Of a stretch of 40,147 nucleotides of DNA, positions 1 through 7,747 are shown piece after piece. The translations under genes were made by a program, and so were the position numbers. Origin of the DNA: Mycobacterium phage prophiGD43A-2; sequence record MW584198.1; one strand, given 5' to 3'. Each line of letters starts with the position of its first letter. Within the stretch, counting starts at the first letter, position 1. The notes under the pieces were generated by a model. That model worked only from the letters and a program-made list of their open reading frames with translations. It had not been told where the DNA came from and did not search any database.

Positions 1-40
1 GTAATGAATAGGTCAGGGGTTCGATTCCCCTGGGTGGCTC
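1..40 (+). repeat. attL core. 40-bp direct repeat identical to 40108..40147 with tRNA 3'-half features (T-arm AGGGG-TTCGATT-CCCCT, acceptor GGGTGGC)
   Basis: Exact 40/40 identity with the window's last 40 nt. It contains a canonical T-loop TTCGATT flanked by a 5-bp stem and a 7-nt acceptor strand. Confidence 0.85.
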
Positions 41-298
41 TGGGTCTGGCTGGGAGTCGTCCTTGCCGTCGATCAGCCATCGCGGCGAAACGCCGCACAT
101 CACCGCGATTTCGTTGAGCACGAACTTCTTGGGTGGGGCACCAGCATCACGGCACCATCTTGACGCCGTACCACGGCTTATCTCGAACTTCTCGACCAAA
201 TCGCCGTGCTTGAGCCCGCCATGATCTAGCGCCATCTGAATGCGCCACCCGAGTGTCAGCGGTGGTATGGCGCCGCTGACGTGTGCCTGCTCCGTCAT
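1..298 (-). CDS. Prophage immunity repressor, HTH protein. Its 3' end runs through attL and out of the window, so it is a host-junction-truncated form
   Basis: ATG at complement 298..296 is preceded by GGAGG 8 nt upstream and a TTGACG..TACTGT promoter-like pair. The translation is MTEQAHVSGAIPPLTLGWRIQMALDHGGLKHGDLVEKFEISRGTASRWCRDAGAPPKKFVLNEIAVMCGVSPRWLIDGKDDSQPDPEPPRGIEPLTYSL with no stop before the window edge. It has an XRE-type HTH (GTASRWCRDAG). It is not in the ORF track because it runs off the window. Confidence 0.75.
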   Translation of the reverse strand, partial: MTEQAHVSGAIPPLTLGWRIQMALDHGGLKHGDLVEKFEISRGTASRWCRDAGAPPKKFVLNEIAVMCGVSPRWLIDGKDDSQPDPEPPRGIEPLTYSL

Positions 299-431
299 GC
301 CTGAAACCTCCTGTTGTGGCATGACAAACAGTATTGGCGCATGACTGACATTCGTCAAGGTGAATCGATACCGCAGGACATGCATATGTCGAACAGTTGA
401 CAATTACAGCCATGTAAGTCAAATTGGTGCA
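299..431. promoter_or_regulatory. Divergent rep/cro promoter-operator region with low GC. It has -35/-10-like hexamers on both strands, the palindrome GACATGCATATGTC and the repeats GCATGAC
   Basis: GC is about 45%, against about 66% elsewhere. On the minus strand TTGACG-19nt-TACTGT lies upstream of the rep GGAGG. A TTGACA hexamer sits at 397..402 upstream of cro. There is an inverted repeat GACAT-GCAT-ATGTC at 378..391. Confidence 0.6.
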
Positions 432-635
432 ATGCATCAAAACGGCGTAGTTGATGAACTGATTACCAGCACGTGTGCTGGCCAGATTCTCAAGAAGTCC
501 GGTCGAACCGTGGTTCGTCACGCCGAGGCTGGGCGCATCCCGATTGCGGCCAGGCTCCCTGGCCCCAACGGGGCATATCTATTCAGCCGTCACGTGATTG
601 AAGAGTTGGCACGCACCCTGGCCGTCGCTTCGTGA
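432..635 (+). CDS. Cro-like / excisionase-family (HTH_17, MerR-like) DNA-binding protein
   Basis: A 67-aa product, MHQNGVVDELITSTCAGQILKKSGRTVVRHAEAGRIPIAARLP.., matches the Xis/HTH_17 pattern. It is divergent from the repressor. A GTG start at 360 is the alternative. Confidence 0.6.
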   Translation: MHQNGVVDELITSTCAGQILKKSGRTVVRHAEAGRIPIAARLPGPNGAYLFSRHVIEELARTLAVAS

Positions 636-850
636 CCGTTCGGATGCGATCAACCCGGCTGCGTGATGGGCTCGTTGCCCTCGCAGCTGGGGTTCTGTGC
701 TGCCTTGATGAGTTGGAGAAGGCCTTTCATGAGCTAGGCGCGGACTGTCGCGCCGGTGCCCAGGTACTCACCGAACTCCTCGTAGATCTTCTTACCCCTT
801 GGCCTTCGCAAGACGCCGCCGATCACGCCAGTGAGGGCCACCAAGACTGA
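632..850 (+). CDS. Hypothetical protein (GTG start, GTGA overlap with cro stop)
   Basis: 72-aa ORF translationally coupled to the upstream gene. There is no recognisable domain. Confidence 0.35.
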   Translation: MTVRMRSTRLRDGLVALAAGVLCCLDELEKAFHELGADCRAGAQVLTELLVDLLTPWPSQDAADHASEGHQD

Positions 851-966
851 TCTGCCCGCAAGACAACTGAATACGGAAATACCCCAGCGGCCGGGCTCAA
901 TTTCCCGCCAAGAAAATCCACACCCGGACCGCTGGGGCCACTGCAACCAGGATAGGAGAACCTGGC

Positions 967-1263
967 ATGTCCCACCGTATCCCCGATAGATATCAGCGTG
1001 TCGGCGGCGTCCGCGCGGCCATCATGCGACACGCATTTTGGACGGTCGCCGCGCTAGCCCTTGTCTTTGGGCTGGTGATGCTATCCGCCCACCAGTACCC
1101 GCAATTCGTTATCTGCATGGCGCTCATGGTGGCCGCGTCCTGCATCGATCTACGGGTGCACCGTCGTGGCCGGTACCGCGATCGCGCCGGGGTGCTGCTG
1201 TTCATCGCCGTAATGGCCATCGTTGTCACCGGCGTGTTCGCGCAGGTCGGGGTGAACGCATGA
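967..1263 (+). CDS. Small membrane protein (3 predicted TM helices)
   Basis: GGAGAA RBS 7 nt upstream. It has hydrophobic segments FWTVAALALVFGLVMLSA, FVICMALMVAASCI and VLLFIAVMAIVVTGVFA. Confidence 0.65.
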   Translation: MSHRIPDRYQRVGGVRAAIMRHAFWTVAALALVFGLVMLSAHQYPQFVICMALMVAASCIDLRVHRRGRYRDRAGVLLFIAVMAIVVTGVFAQVGVNA

Positions 1264-1568
1264 GCTTCACATTCGACCCCGCGCCCGAATTCGACTCTGC
1301 CATGGCTGCATTCGATAAGGCAGAGCAGGCGTGCGCCCTGACAGCGGGCGATGTGACCTTGCGTGCTGACATCGCCGAACTGCTCGAAGCGCTACCGATG
1401 CGCGAGCGACGGCGAGCGTGGGTCCAAGCTACCGAAGACGCCGGTACCGACCCACGAAACGGCTGGTACCTGTTCGCCGGGGCGATCAGCGAGGCCGCGC
1501 TAACGGACTTCTTCACCGATCGGGACGCACGGCCTACGGCTAGCGCCGTGCTCATGGAGGCGGTCTAA
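1260..1568 (+). CDS. Hypothetical protein
   Basis: ATGA start/stop overlap with the upstream gene. 102 aa, MSFTFDPAPEFDSAMAAFDKAEQ... Confidence 0.55.
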   Translation: MSFTFDPAPEFDSAMAAFDKAEQACALTAGDVTLRADIAELLEALPMRERRRAWVQATEDAGTDPRNGWYLFAGAISEAALTDFFTDRDARPTASAVLMEAV

Positions 1569-2317
1569 TGCAGAAGCCCACCAAGGCATTTGCCGACATG
1601 GTGCTTGAACTCGCGGACAACCTAGAGGCAGTCCTTAACGAGATGTACCCGGACGGCCAGCTTATCCCTGTGTTCGTCAGCCCCGAATCGCTGCGCGCGG
1701 AGGCGCGAGACCTCACGCGGAATGCCGAGGATACTCAGCGTTCAGTCGAACCATCCTTAGCGCCAGTCCGTTTCGCGCCCCTGTATCCAGTCACCTTGTA
1801 TCAGGCCGGGTGCACCTCGTGCGGCGCCGTCGTTGATGACTATGGCGACTACTCCTGCCTTGAGGACGACGAAGCAGTGGGATACGTCTGCGACCGCCTG
1901 GGATGGTTCGAAACGACACGGAGCGAGCCAACGCCGACACCCGAGATGCCCAATCTCGTTACCGTGCATACGGTCGAGCTGCTGTGCCCGGACTGCCAGC
2001 GCTGCGAAGTCTGCGGCGCCTGCAATCCCGCTGAGATTGACGAACATCTGGTGTGCGTCGAGCACGAAGACCATGACTTTAGTGATGCCCCAATCGATGT
2101 CGCCGAGGTGGGCTCACCGACCGGCGACCAGCCGGTCGGTGAGCATCCCCCGATCGATACGTACGACCTGGTGCCGATGGAGCTTCGGCTCCGGGCGCTT
2201 GTCGCCGTGAGAGGCGCAAGCGAGGCGCTGGCCAACCTTATCGGCGTCGATCTGTTCCCGGATTTCACAAGCGATTTCGCGGCGCTTCTGCGCTTGCCGA
2301 TCGCCCCAATCAACTAG
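1568..2317 (+). CDS. Hypothetical Cys-rich protein (multiple CxxC pairs)
   Basis: TAATG overlap with the upstream gene. 249 aa with CTSCG, CPDCQRCEVCGAC and VCVEHEDH motifs suggesting metal binding. Confidence 0.6.
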   Translation: MQKPTKAFADMVLELADNLEAVLNEMYPDGQLIPVFVSPESLRAEARDLTRNAEDTQRSVEPSLAPVRFAPLYPVTLYQAGCTSCGAVVDDYGDYSCLEDDEAVGYVCDRLGWFETTRSEPTPTPEMPNLVTVHTVELLCPDCQRCEVCGACNPAEIDEHLVCVEHEDHDFSDAPIDVAEVGSPTGDQPVGEHPPIDTYDLVPMELRLRALVAVRGASEALANLIGVDLFPDFTSDFAALLRLPIAPIN

Positions 2318-2332
2318 CGGGGAGACCCTTTC

Positions 2333-2728
2333 ATGTCGCGTTCGGAAGACCCTTTCATCCTGGAGTTGCAAGCCGGTGCCAGCGCGACCGGCGAAATACA
2401 CTCCTTCACAACCGAATCCATCGAGATACGCGGAACCTTCACCCTCGGCCAAGGGCTCGTATTACGCCCCGGTGCAAAGGTTTACATCCTTGCCGACGAC
2501 GACGCGGTGGATGTCATCAACGGATTCATTGCCGACGCCGAGGTAGCTGCCGAAGAGGGCGCGGCCGAGAAGGCTGTGCATGCCGCCGTCGATTCGTTCG
2601 CCGACGAGGTGATCGAGGCTGTGAAAGACGCTGTAAGCCAGATAGATCCCTCGTTGGCCGACAGCGCGCAGAAGGTCGCCGACGCGCTGATCGCAGCCAT
2701 TGAGAAGGCTAAGCGGGGCGACGAATGA
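2333..2728 (+). CDS. Hypothetical acidic Ala-rich protein
   Basis: GGGGAG RBS. 131-aa ORF in a tightly packed + strand operon. Confidence 0.55.
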   Translation: MSRSEDPFILELQAGASATGEIHSFTTESIEIRGTFTLGQGLVLRPGAKVYILADDDAVDVINGFIADAEVAAEEGAAEKAVHAAVDSFADEVIEAVKDAVSQIDPSLADSAQKVADALIAAIEKAKRGDE

Positions 2729-3873
2729 AATTCGCGATGGATACCGATCTGCTCGCTGAAACCATCACGGCGGCAATCAGTTCCCTACCGGCCCGGCCAA
2801 CGTCCCCGGTCCTGGGCGGGGTGTTGGTTGAGGTCGGTATCGGCTCGGTCACAATGTCGAGCTTCAACTACGAGCGCGCCACCAAGCGCACTGCCGCCGC
2901 GATGGACGTTACCGAGCCCGACGCAGCCGTCGTGTCAGGAAAACTGCTGGCCGCGATCGGCGGCAACCTACCCCGCAACAAGGACGCCACCGTTGATGTC
3001 AGCGGGCAGGAAATGGTTATCACAGCGGGCCGCACCGCCTTTCGCCTCCCGCTGTTGCATGGCGAGGACTTCCCCGAACTGCCGATCATGAAGCCCCGAG
3101 AGGATGCCATCGGCACGGTTGACGGCGACACGTTCGCCGAGGCCGTACAGGTCATCGGCGCCTTGGCCTCCACCGAAGAGCAACCCGCCAAGCTGACCGG
3201 AATCAATCTCACGTTCAGCCCGGATGGGTTGTGGCTGTGCGCCACTGACCGCTACATCGTGGGTAGGCGCCGTCTGGACTGGAACGGCAGCGTCCAGACA
3301 CAGACCCTCGTACCGGCTGCCGATCTGCTGGCCACGATCAAGGCCGCAGCCGGTTCCGCGCCGGAGAACATCGAAATCCTGTTGCGTGGCAGCTCAATGT
3401 TCGGCCTGCGCACCCCATCAACCACAGTCATGACCCGTTGCCTTGCTGAGGAATTCCCCGCCATGGAAACGGTGCTGACCCCGGCTGTCTACGCGGCTAC
3501 GTCCACGGTGGCCACCGCCGAACTCGCGGACATGCTGCGCCGGGCCTCGTCCATCGCTGATGACGGCAACGCCCAAATCGATATCGAGGTTGACGCTGGG
3601 GGCCTGGCGGTCACCACCACCAAGAGCGCTACCGGCAAGGTCAACGACAGCATCGCCGCTGTGCACCAGGGCGATTACCGCCGCGTCGCGTTGTCTGCTC
3701 GCCGCCTCAATAGCGCCCTGTCGGTGGTCAACGACCACGAGGTCACCTTGGGATTCCGCGAGACCGGCCAACTGGTGAGCATCCATCCCGGCGCACTGGA
3801 ACGCACCAACGACCCGGTTGACCTGCTGGCGTGCAACAACTTTGCACTGCTCATCGGAATCCGCGGGACGTAA
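2725..3873 (+). CDS. DNA polymerase III beta (sliding clamp) DnaN-like protein
   Basis: 382 aa. The N-terminus MKFAMDTDLLAETITAAISSLPARPTSPVLGGVLVEV...VVSGKLLAAIGGNLP...GEDFPELP follows the DnaN domain I pattern. ATGA overlap with the upstream gene. Confidence 0.7.
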   Translation: MKFAMDTDLLAETITAAISSLPARPTSPVLGGVLVEVGIGSVTMSSFNYERATKRTAAAMDVTEPDAAVVSGKLLAAIGGNLPRNKDATVDVSGQEMVITAGRTAFRLPLLHGEDFPELPIMKPREDAIGTVDGDTFAEAVQVIGALASTEEQPAKLTGINLTFSPDGLWLCATDRYIVGRRRLDWNGSVQTQTLVPAADLLATIKAAAGSAPENIEILLRGSSMFGLRTPSTTVMTRCLAEEFPAMETVLTPAVYAATSTVATAELADMLRRASSIADDGNAQIDIEVDAGGLAVTTTKSATGKVNDSIAAVHQGDYRRVALSARRLNSALSVVNDHEVTLGFRETGQLVSIHPGALERTNDPVDLLACNNFALLIGIRGT

Positions 3874-3878
3874 CGCCG

Positions 3879-4127
3879 ATGCCCGCAACCCCGCACAGCG
3901 CCCGCGTCTTCATCGTGGTTGACCCGGTGCAGGACTACGAAGAGTCATTGCAGATCCTCGGCGTCTTCGGATCGCTCAAGGCAGCGCAGGTCTCGGCACC
4001 GCGACTGATGAAAGTCGCATGGCGGTACGAACCGTATCGCACTGCCGAGGTTCAGGAATGGCGCGGCGACACCCTCGTAAACACCTGGACCTATCACCCC
4101 GATCGCGGCTGGCAGTTCACCGCATGA
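3879..4127 (+). CDS. Hypothetical protein
   Basis: 82-aa ORF starting MPATPHSARVFIVVDPVQDYEESLQ immediately after the dnaN-like stop. Confidence 0.5.
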   Translation: MPATPHSARVFIVVDPVQDYEESLQILGVFGSLKAAQVSAPRLMKVAWRYEPYRTAEVQEWRGDTLVNTWTYHPDRGWQFTA

Positions 4128-4155
4128 CCAACACCGAAATGGAGGCAGCAGCAGC

Positions 4156-4365
4156 ATGACCGTAACCTCAGGCCCATTCTTCAACGTCTTTGACGAAGAC
4201 GGTAGGCACCGCCGCGAGCTACGCGAGCGGGCACTGTATTCAGCCACACTCCTGCACTGCGAGACCGGCGACACCATGGCCATCCTCGACCGCGAGACGG
4301 CCGTCAAGGACGTGCTGGCCACCGCCCAGCAGTTCTATGACTGGATCGCCCAGGAGGCCGGGTGA
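4156..4365 (+). CDS. Hypothetical protein
   Basis: GGAGG RBS at -10. 69 aa. Confidence 0.55.
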   Translation: MTVTSGPFFNVFDEDGRHRRELRERALYSATLLHCETGDTMAILDRETAVKDVLATAQQFYDWIAQEAG

Positions 4366-5072
4366 TCACCCACAGTGGCGGCGCTACCCGCTTCTTCTGG
4401 TCCTGGCTCATCGGCTCGGCCGCGTTCTCCATCCTCGGCGTTGTCACGCACGCGGTGCTCGGTAGTGCACGATCATCGCTGATCGCCTCGGTGCTCGCGG
4501 TCGGCATCGTGGTAATCCAGCTGTGCGCCACCTACGGCGTGCACGCCTTGGTTCAGGAACGCATCACCGGCGCCGCATACCGATGGGCGCTCGCGATCGC
4601 CGTTGCACTCGCGCTCGGCGCGTTCGTGCTCAACTTTGTTGCTCTGCAAGACCTGGTGATCACCTGGGCAGGGACCGCGCCTGCGATCGCCTGGATTGTG
4701 CCCCTAATCATCGATCTGGGTATGACGGCAAGCACCCTGGCGATACTCGCGCTCACCGAAGCTCAACGCGCCGAGCAGCTGCACACACCCGCGCACCCTG
4801 ACGCACAAGCGGCGCCGTCCGTTCATGTCGAGGTGCACAACACCGTGCACGCCGACGCGCACGCCGCGCAGGACGGCGCACACGCTGCGCACGGCGATGC
4901 GCACCTAGTCGCCGCACAGCGCATCATCGCGCAAGGGGCGGTGCGTATCGAGGCGGAACGGATCGCGGCGGTGCTGGCCGTGCACGCCCAGGGCGTCAAC
5001 TCCGCGAGCATCATCGGACGGCGAACCAACGTCCACCACAAGACCGTGCGCCGCATCTTGGACGCAGCATGA
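4362..5072 (+). CDS. Membrane protein (4 TM) with a His-rich repeat segment and a C-terminal HTH DNA-binding domain
   Basis: GTGA overlap start. The N-terminal 140 aa form four hydrophobic helices. The central segment is VHVEVHNTVHADAHAAQDGAHAAHGDAH. The C-terminus SASIIGRRTNVHHKTVRRILDAA is HTH-like. Confidence 0.6.
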   Translation: MITHSGGATRFFWSWLIGSAAFSILGVVTHAVLGSARSSLIASVLAVGIVVIQLCATYGVHALVQERITGAAYRWALAIAVALALGAFVLNFVALQDLVITWAGTAPAIAWIVPLIIDLGMTASTLAILALTEAQRAEQLHTPAHPDAQAAPSVHVEVHNTVHADAHAAQDGAHAAHGDAHLVAAQRIIAQGAVRIEAERIAAVLAVHAQGVNSASIIGRRTNVHHKTVRRILDAA

Positions 5073-5491
5073 CGGGGCAGCTGGAGCTACTGGCCCGGTG
5101 CGCACTGCCGGGCTGCCCTGACGTTGTGACAGCGGCGGGCGACGTATGCGCGGGCTGCGTCCAAGCATGCGGGCCGTACCTGGCGCGCCGCGAGCCCCGC
5201 CCCGAGGTAACACCCGAGCAGATCGCCGACGAGCTAGCCGAGCGCGACCGGGGAACCATCGCGGCCTACGCGGCCCAAGCAGCGGCGGTTGCCGACGCAC
5301 ACCCCGCCGTTGAGTGGTTGGCCAAACGGCGCATTGAGAAGCACGTCACGGTCCACCCGGAAGTGCTCAAGGTGATCGAGGCTGTGGAGGTCCGCAAGCC
5401 TAACCAGCTGTGCTGGCTGTGCGAGGAACGCCGGGCATGCACCCACATTGATGGGCGCTGGGAGTGCGATAAATGCCGGGGCATCCAATGA
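5069..5491 (+). CDS. Hypothetical Cys-rich protein (zinc-ribbon-like)
   Basis: ATGA overlap. 140 aa with CALPGCPDV..CAGCVQAC and CWLCEERRACTHIDGRWECDKC. Confidence 0.55.
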   Translation: MTGQLELLARCALPGCPDVVTAAGDVCAGCVQACGPYLARREPRPEVTPEQIADELAERDRGTIAAYAAQAAAVADAHPAVEWLAKRRIEKHVTVHPEVLKVIEAVEVRKPNQLCWLCEERRACTHIDGRWECDKCRGIQ

Positions 5492-5515
5492 CAACGGCCA
5501 GAGGTGGTGTCACCG

Positions 5516-5770
5516 ATGGCGCCTAACGCCCCTACGGGCTTGGTGCGGCGCATGTTCGCGCTCTTTCATCTGGGCGGCGTGCAGCAGAAGCGGGCCGATC
5601 GGCTGGCTGTCGCGTCTTACGTCACCTGGCGCCGTATCGGCACGACCGATGACCTCACCGAGGCCGATATCAAGGCCATCGTCGCGACGCTGGAGTACTG
5701 GCGTTTCGCCGGCCAAATCGAGTACCGGTGCCGCCGCATCGCCGAATCAATGCAGGAGGTGTCGGCGTAG
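5516..5770 (+). CDS. Hypothetical protein
   Basis: 84 aa from an ATG preceded by an AGAGGTGG RBS. A GTG at 5504 is the alternative. Confidence 0.45.
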   Translation: MAPNAPTGLVRRMFALFHLGGVQQKRADRLAVASYVTWRRIGTTDDLTEADIKAIVATLEYWRFAGQIEYRCRRIAESMQEVSA

Positions 5771-6625
5771 ATGCTCACATTCGAGGATCGCCGGAAGTGG
5801 ACCCGACTGGTATTGCGGATGCCCAGTGCTGAGCTGTCGGCGTCGTGCAAGACGGTCCTGCTGGCGCTGGAAAGCTATGCGGACTACCGCGACGGCACCG
5901 GGGCACACCCCGGCGAGGAGAACCTGTCCAAGGCCGCTGACGTGAACGTGCGCACCGTACGGCGGGCGCTAGCGACTGGGCGCGCTCTGGGGCTGATCGA
6001 ACAGACCTCGGCAGCAAACTCAAAGGCGGGCAAGGCAGCCGAATACAGCCTGACCCTGCCGGGCAGTGCAGCCGTTACGACCGGACACCCGAGTCCTGTG
6101 GACAACTCCACGACCGGACACCACAGTCCTGTGGACAACTCCACGACCGGACACCACAGTCCTGTCGAAACAGTCCACGACCGGACAAATGCGACGCCAC
6201 GACCGGACACTGGTGTCCTCCCACCTAAGCCCTACACCAATAACCTAGGGGTGTTACGTAACTGGGGTACGTCACCAGCGCCGCGCATCACCGAGGACAC
6301 ACACCCTGAGCCTCCCTCGCGGTTCTGTGATGAGCACCCGATGGGCACTCGGGGCAACTGCGGCAATTGCGCAAACGCGCGAACTGCGTTCAACGCCTGG
6401 CAAGCCCACCAAGCCGTCCGCGATGTCGAAATCGCCCAAGCCGACACCCGGCGCCGACACGAGCAGCGCGTCAACTGCCCGTGGTGCCACGGCACCAACG
6501 TCCGCGACATCGGGGACGACCTCGTGGAGAAATGCGACCACCAGAGGCCCCCACAGGCCCGTAGAACCCTCTCGCTGGTGCCACCACTGCCGGGCGGGCC
6601 TGAAAACGTCAGAGCGGCGCAATGA
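5771..6625 (+). CDS. Winged-helix/HTH DNA-binding protein, candidate replication initiator. It has internal tandem repeats and a C-terminal Cys4 cluster
   Basis: The N-terminus KTVLLALESYADYRDGTGAHPGEENLSKAADVNVRTVRRALATGRALGLIEQ is a winged-helix-like fold. Repeated TTGH(H/P)SPVDNS peptides are encoded by 33-bp DNA iterons. The C-terminus carries CGNCAN...CPWCHG. Confidence 0.6.
   Translation: MLTFEDRRKWTRLVLRMPSAELSASCKTVLLALESYADYRDGTGAHPGEENLSKAADVNVRTVRRALATGRALGLIEQTSAANSKAGKAAEYSLTLPGSAAVTTGHPSPVDNSTTGHHSPVDNSTTGHHSPVETVHDRTNATPRPDTGVLPPKPYTNNLGVLRNWGTSPAPRITEDTHPEPPSRFCDEHPMGTRGNCGNCANARTAFNAWQAHQAVRDVEIAQADTRRRHEQRVNCPWCHGTNVRDIGDDLVEKCDHQRPPQARRTLSLVPPLPGGPENVRAAQ
6075..6221 (+). 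repeat. Iteron array. Five copies of ACGACCGGACA with 33/33/34/22-bp spacing, and three units carry the palindrome CCACAGTCCTGTGG. Candidate phage origin of replication
   Basis: ACGACCGGACA starts at 6077, 6110, 6143, 6177 and 6199. Full 33-bp unit copies lie at 6077..6109, 6110..6142 and 6143..6176. Confidence 0.55.
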
Positions 6626-6858
6626 GCGCCCATTCCGGCCACGCCGAGGCCGACGAGCCCACCACGTTCGAGCGTGGCCCTGGTAGGCGGCGCCGCAGCG
6701 CACCGGGGCCGGTCTACGACGCCTACGCCGTGACAGGAGCCATCAACCGGCCATGCACCAACTGCGGCGCCCAACCGCGCCAGTACTGCTACGCGCCCAA
6801 CGGCGCCGAAAGCAAGATCCCATGCCTGCAACGACTCTCAGAGAGGCAAGAGAGCTGA
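6622..6858 (+). CDS. Hypothetical Cys-containing protein
   Basis: ATGA overlap with the upstream gene. 78 aa. Confidence 0.5.
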   Translation: MSAHSGHAEADEPTTFERGPGRRRRSAPGPVYDAYAVTGAINRPCTNCGAQPRQYCYAPNGAESKIPCLQRLSERQES

Positions 6859-7733
6859 TGACGACCGAATGCCGCAACAAAGCCTGCAAGCGGGCCTCGC
6901 AGCTGTACCTGTGCAACGACTGCACCACCGTCCTGCGCAACATGCTCGACCAGGTACCCGACCTGCTGGCCGAACTCGACGCCCGCATTCAGAAACTCGA
7001 CCGCGTACCGCACGGCACCATCGGGCGCACCCGTGGCCCCTCGGACCTGAACGTCATGGATTTTGAGGCCGCCGAGACCGCCCGTGAAACCCGGAAGATG
7101 CTGCGGCGCTGGGTTGAAACCGTCGCCTCCCAGCACAGCGGACGGCGCCCACCCGGCCTAGACACCGTGGAGACCCGCATGTTCGCCCGCTGGCTACAGG
7201 TCAACGTTGAGGCCATCGCACGCCTGGACATCGCCGGAAAGATCTACGACGACATCAAGGAACTCATCGGTTCAGGCGACAAAGGCGGCACACTCGTACG
7301 GGCCATCGATCGCCGCGAACGGCACTTCGCCGGATCGTGCCCAACCGTCACAGGGTGGGACGCTAATGGTCGCGTCATCGAATGCGGAGAAATCCTCTAC
7401 GACGAATATGGCAGCAGGACAGTCGATTGCCCGGCCTGTGGGCAGGAAATCGACGTGAAACGCAACCAGGTAAGGGCGCTGGCTAGCCGCGACCTCATGC
7501 CCGCAGACACTCTGCTGGACGCGCTGGCCAACGCCGGGGAATCAGTGCAGGCCGACCAAATCGAGCGCTGGATAGCCATCAAACGACTACGCCCACGCGG
7601 CTACATGCACCAAGGAAAGTTCGTCAAAACCCGTGTGCAAGAAGCCGATAACGCCCTGTACAGCTTCGAGACCGCACGCAGACTGCTACGAAAAGACAAC
7701 CGACACACCAAACGTCAGAAAGTCAACCAATGA
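6858..7733 (+). CDS. Hypothetical protein with N- and C-terminal zinc-ribbon motifs
   Basis: TGATG overlap. 291 aa with CRNKACKRASQLYLCNDC and CPTVTGW...CGEILYDEYGSRTVDCPACG. Confidence 0.6.
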   Translation: MTTECRNKACKRASQLYLCNDCTTVLRNMLDQVPDLLAELDARIQKLDRVPHGTIGRTRGPSDLNVMDFEAAETARETRKMLRRWVETVASQHSGRRPPGLDTVETRMFARWLQVNVEAIARLDIAGKIYDDIKELIGSGDKGGTLVRAIDRRERHFAGSCPTVTGWDANGRVIECGEILYDEYGSRTVDCPACGQEIDVKRNQVRALASRDLMPADTLLDALANAGESVQADQIERWIAIKRLRPRGYMHQGKFVKTRVQEADNALYSFETARRLLRKDNRHTKRQKVNQ

Positions 7734-7747
7734 TCAAGGGAGAGAAC

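Noticed and set aside
147-521. 124-aa minus-strand track ORF at the left end
   Set aside because: It is a different frame from the RBS/promoter-supported repressor ORF (start 298). It would begin inside the cro-like gene on the opposite strand. It has no HTH or other features.
5884-6831. Minus-strand ORFs 5884..6210 and 6232..6831 antisense to the iteron-containing gene
   Set aside because: They mirror the strongly supported + strand genes, show repetitive or low-complexity translations, and have no start signals.
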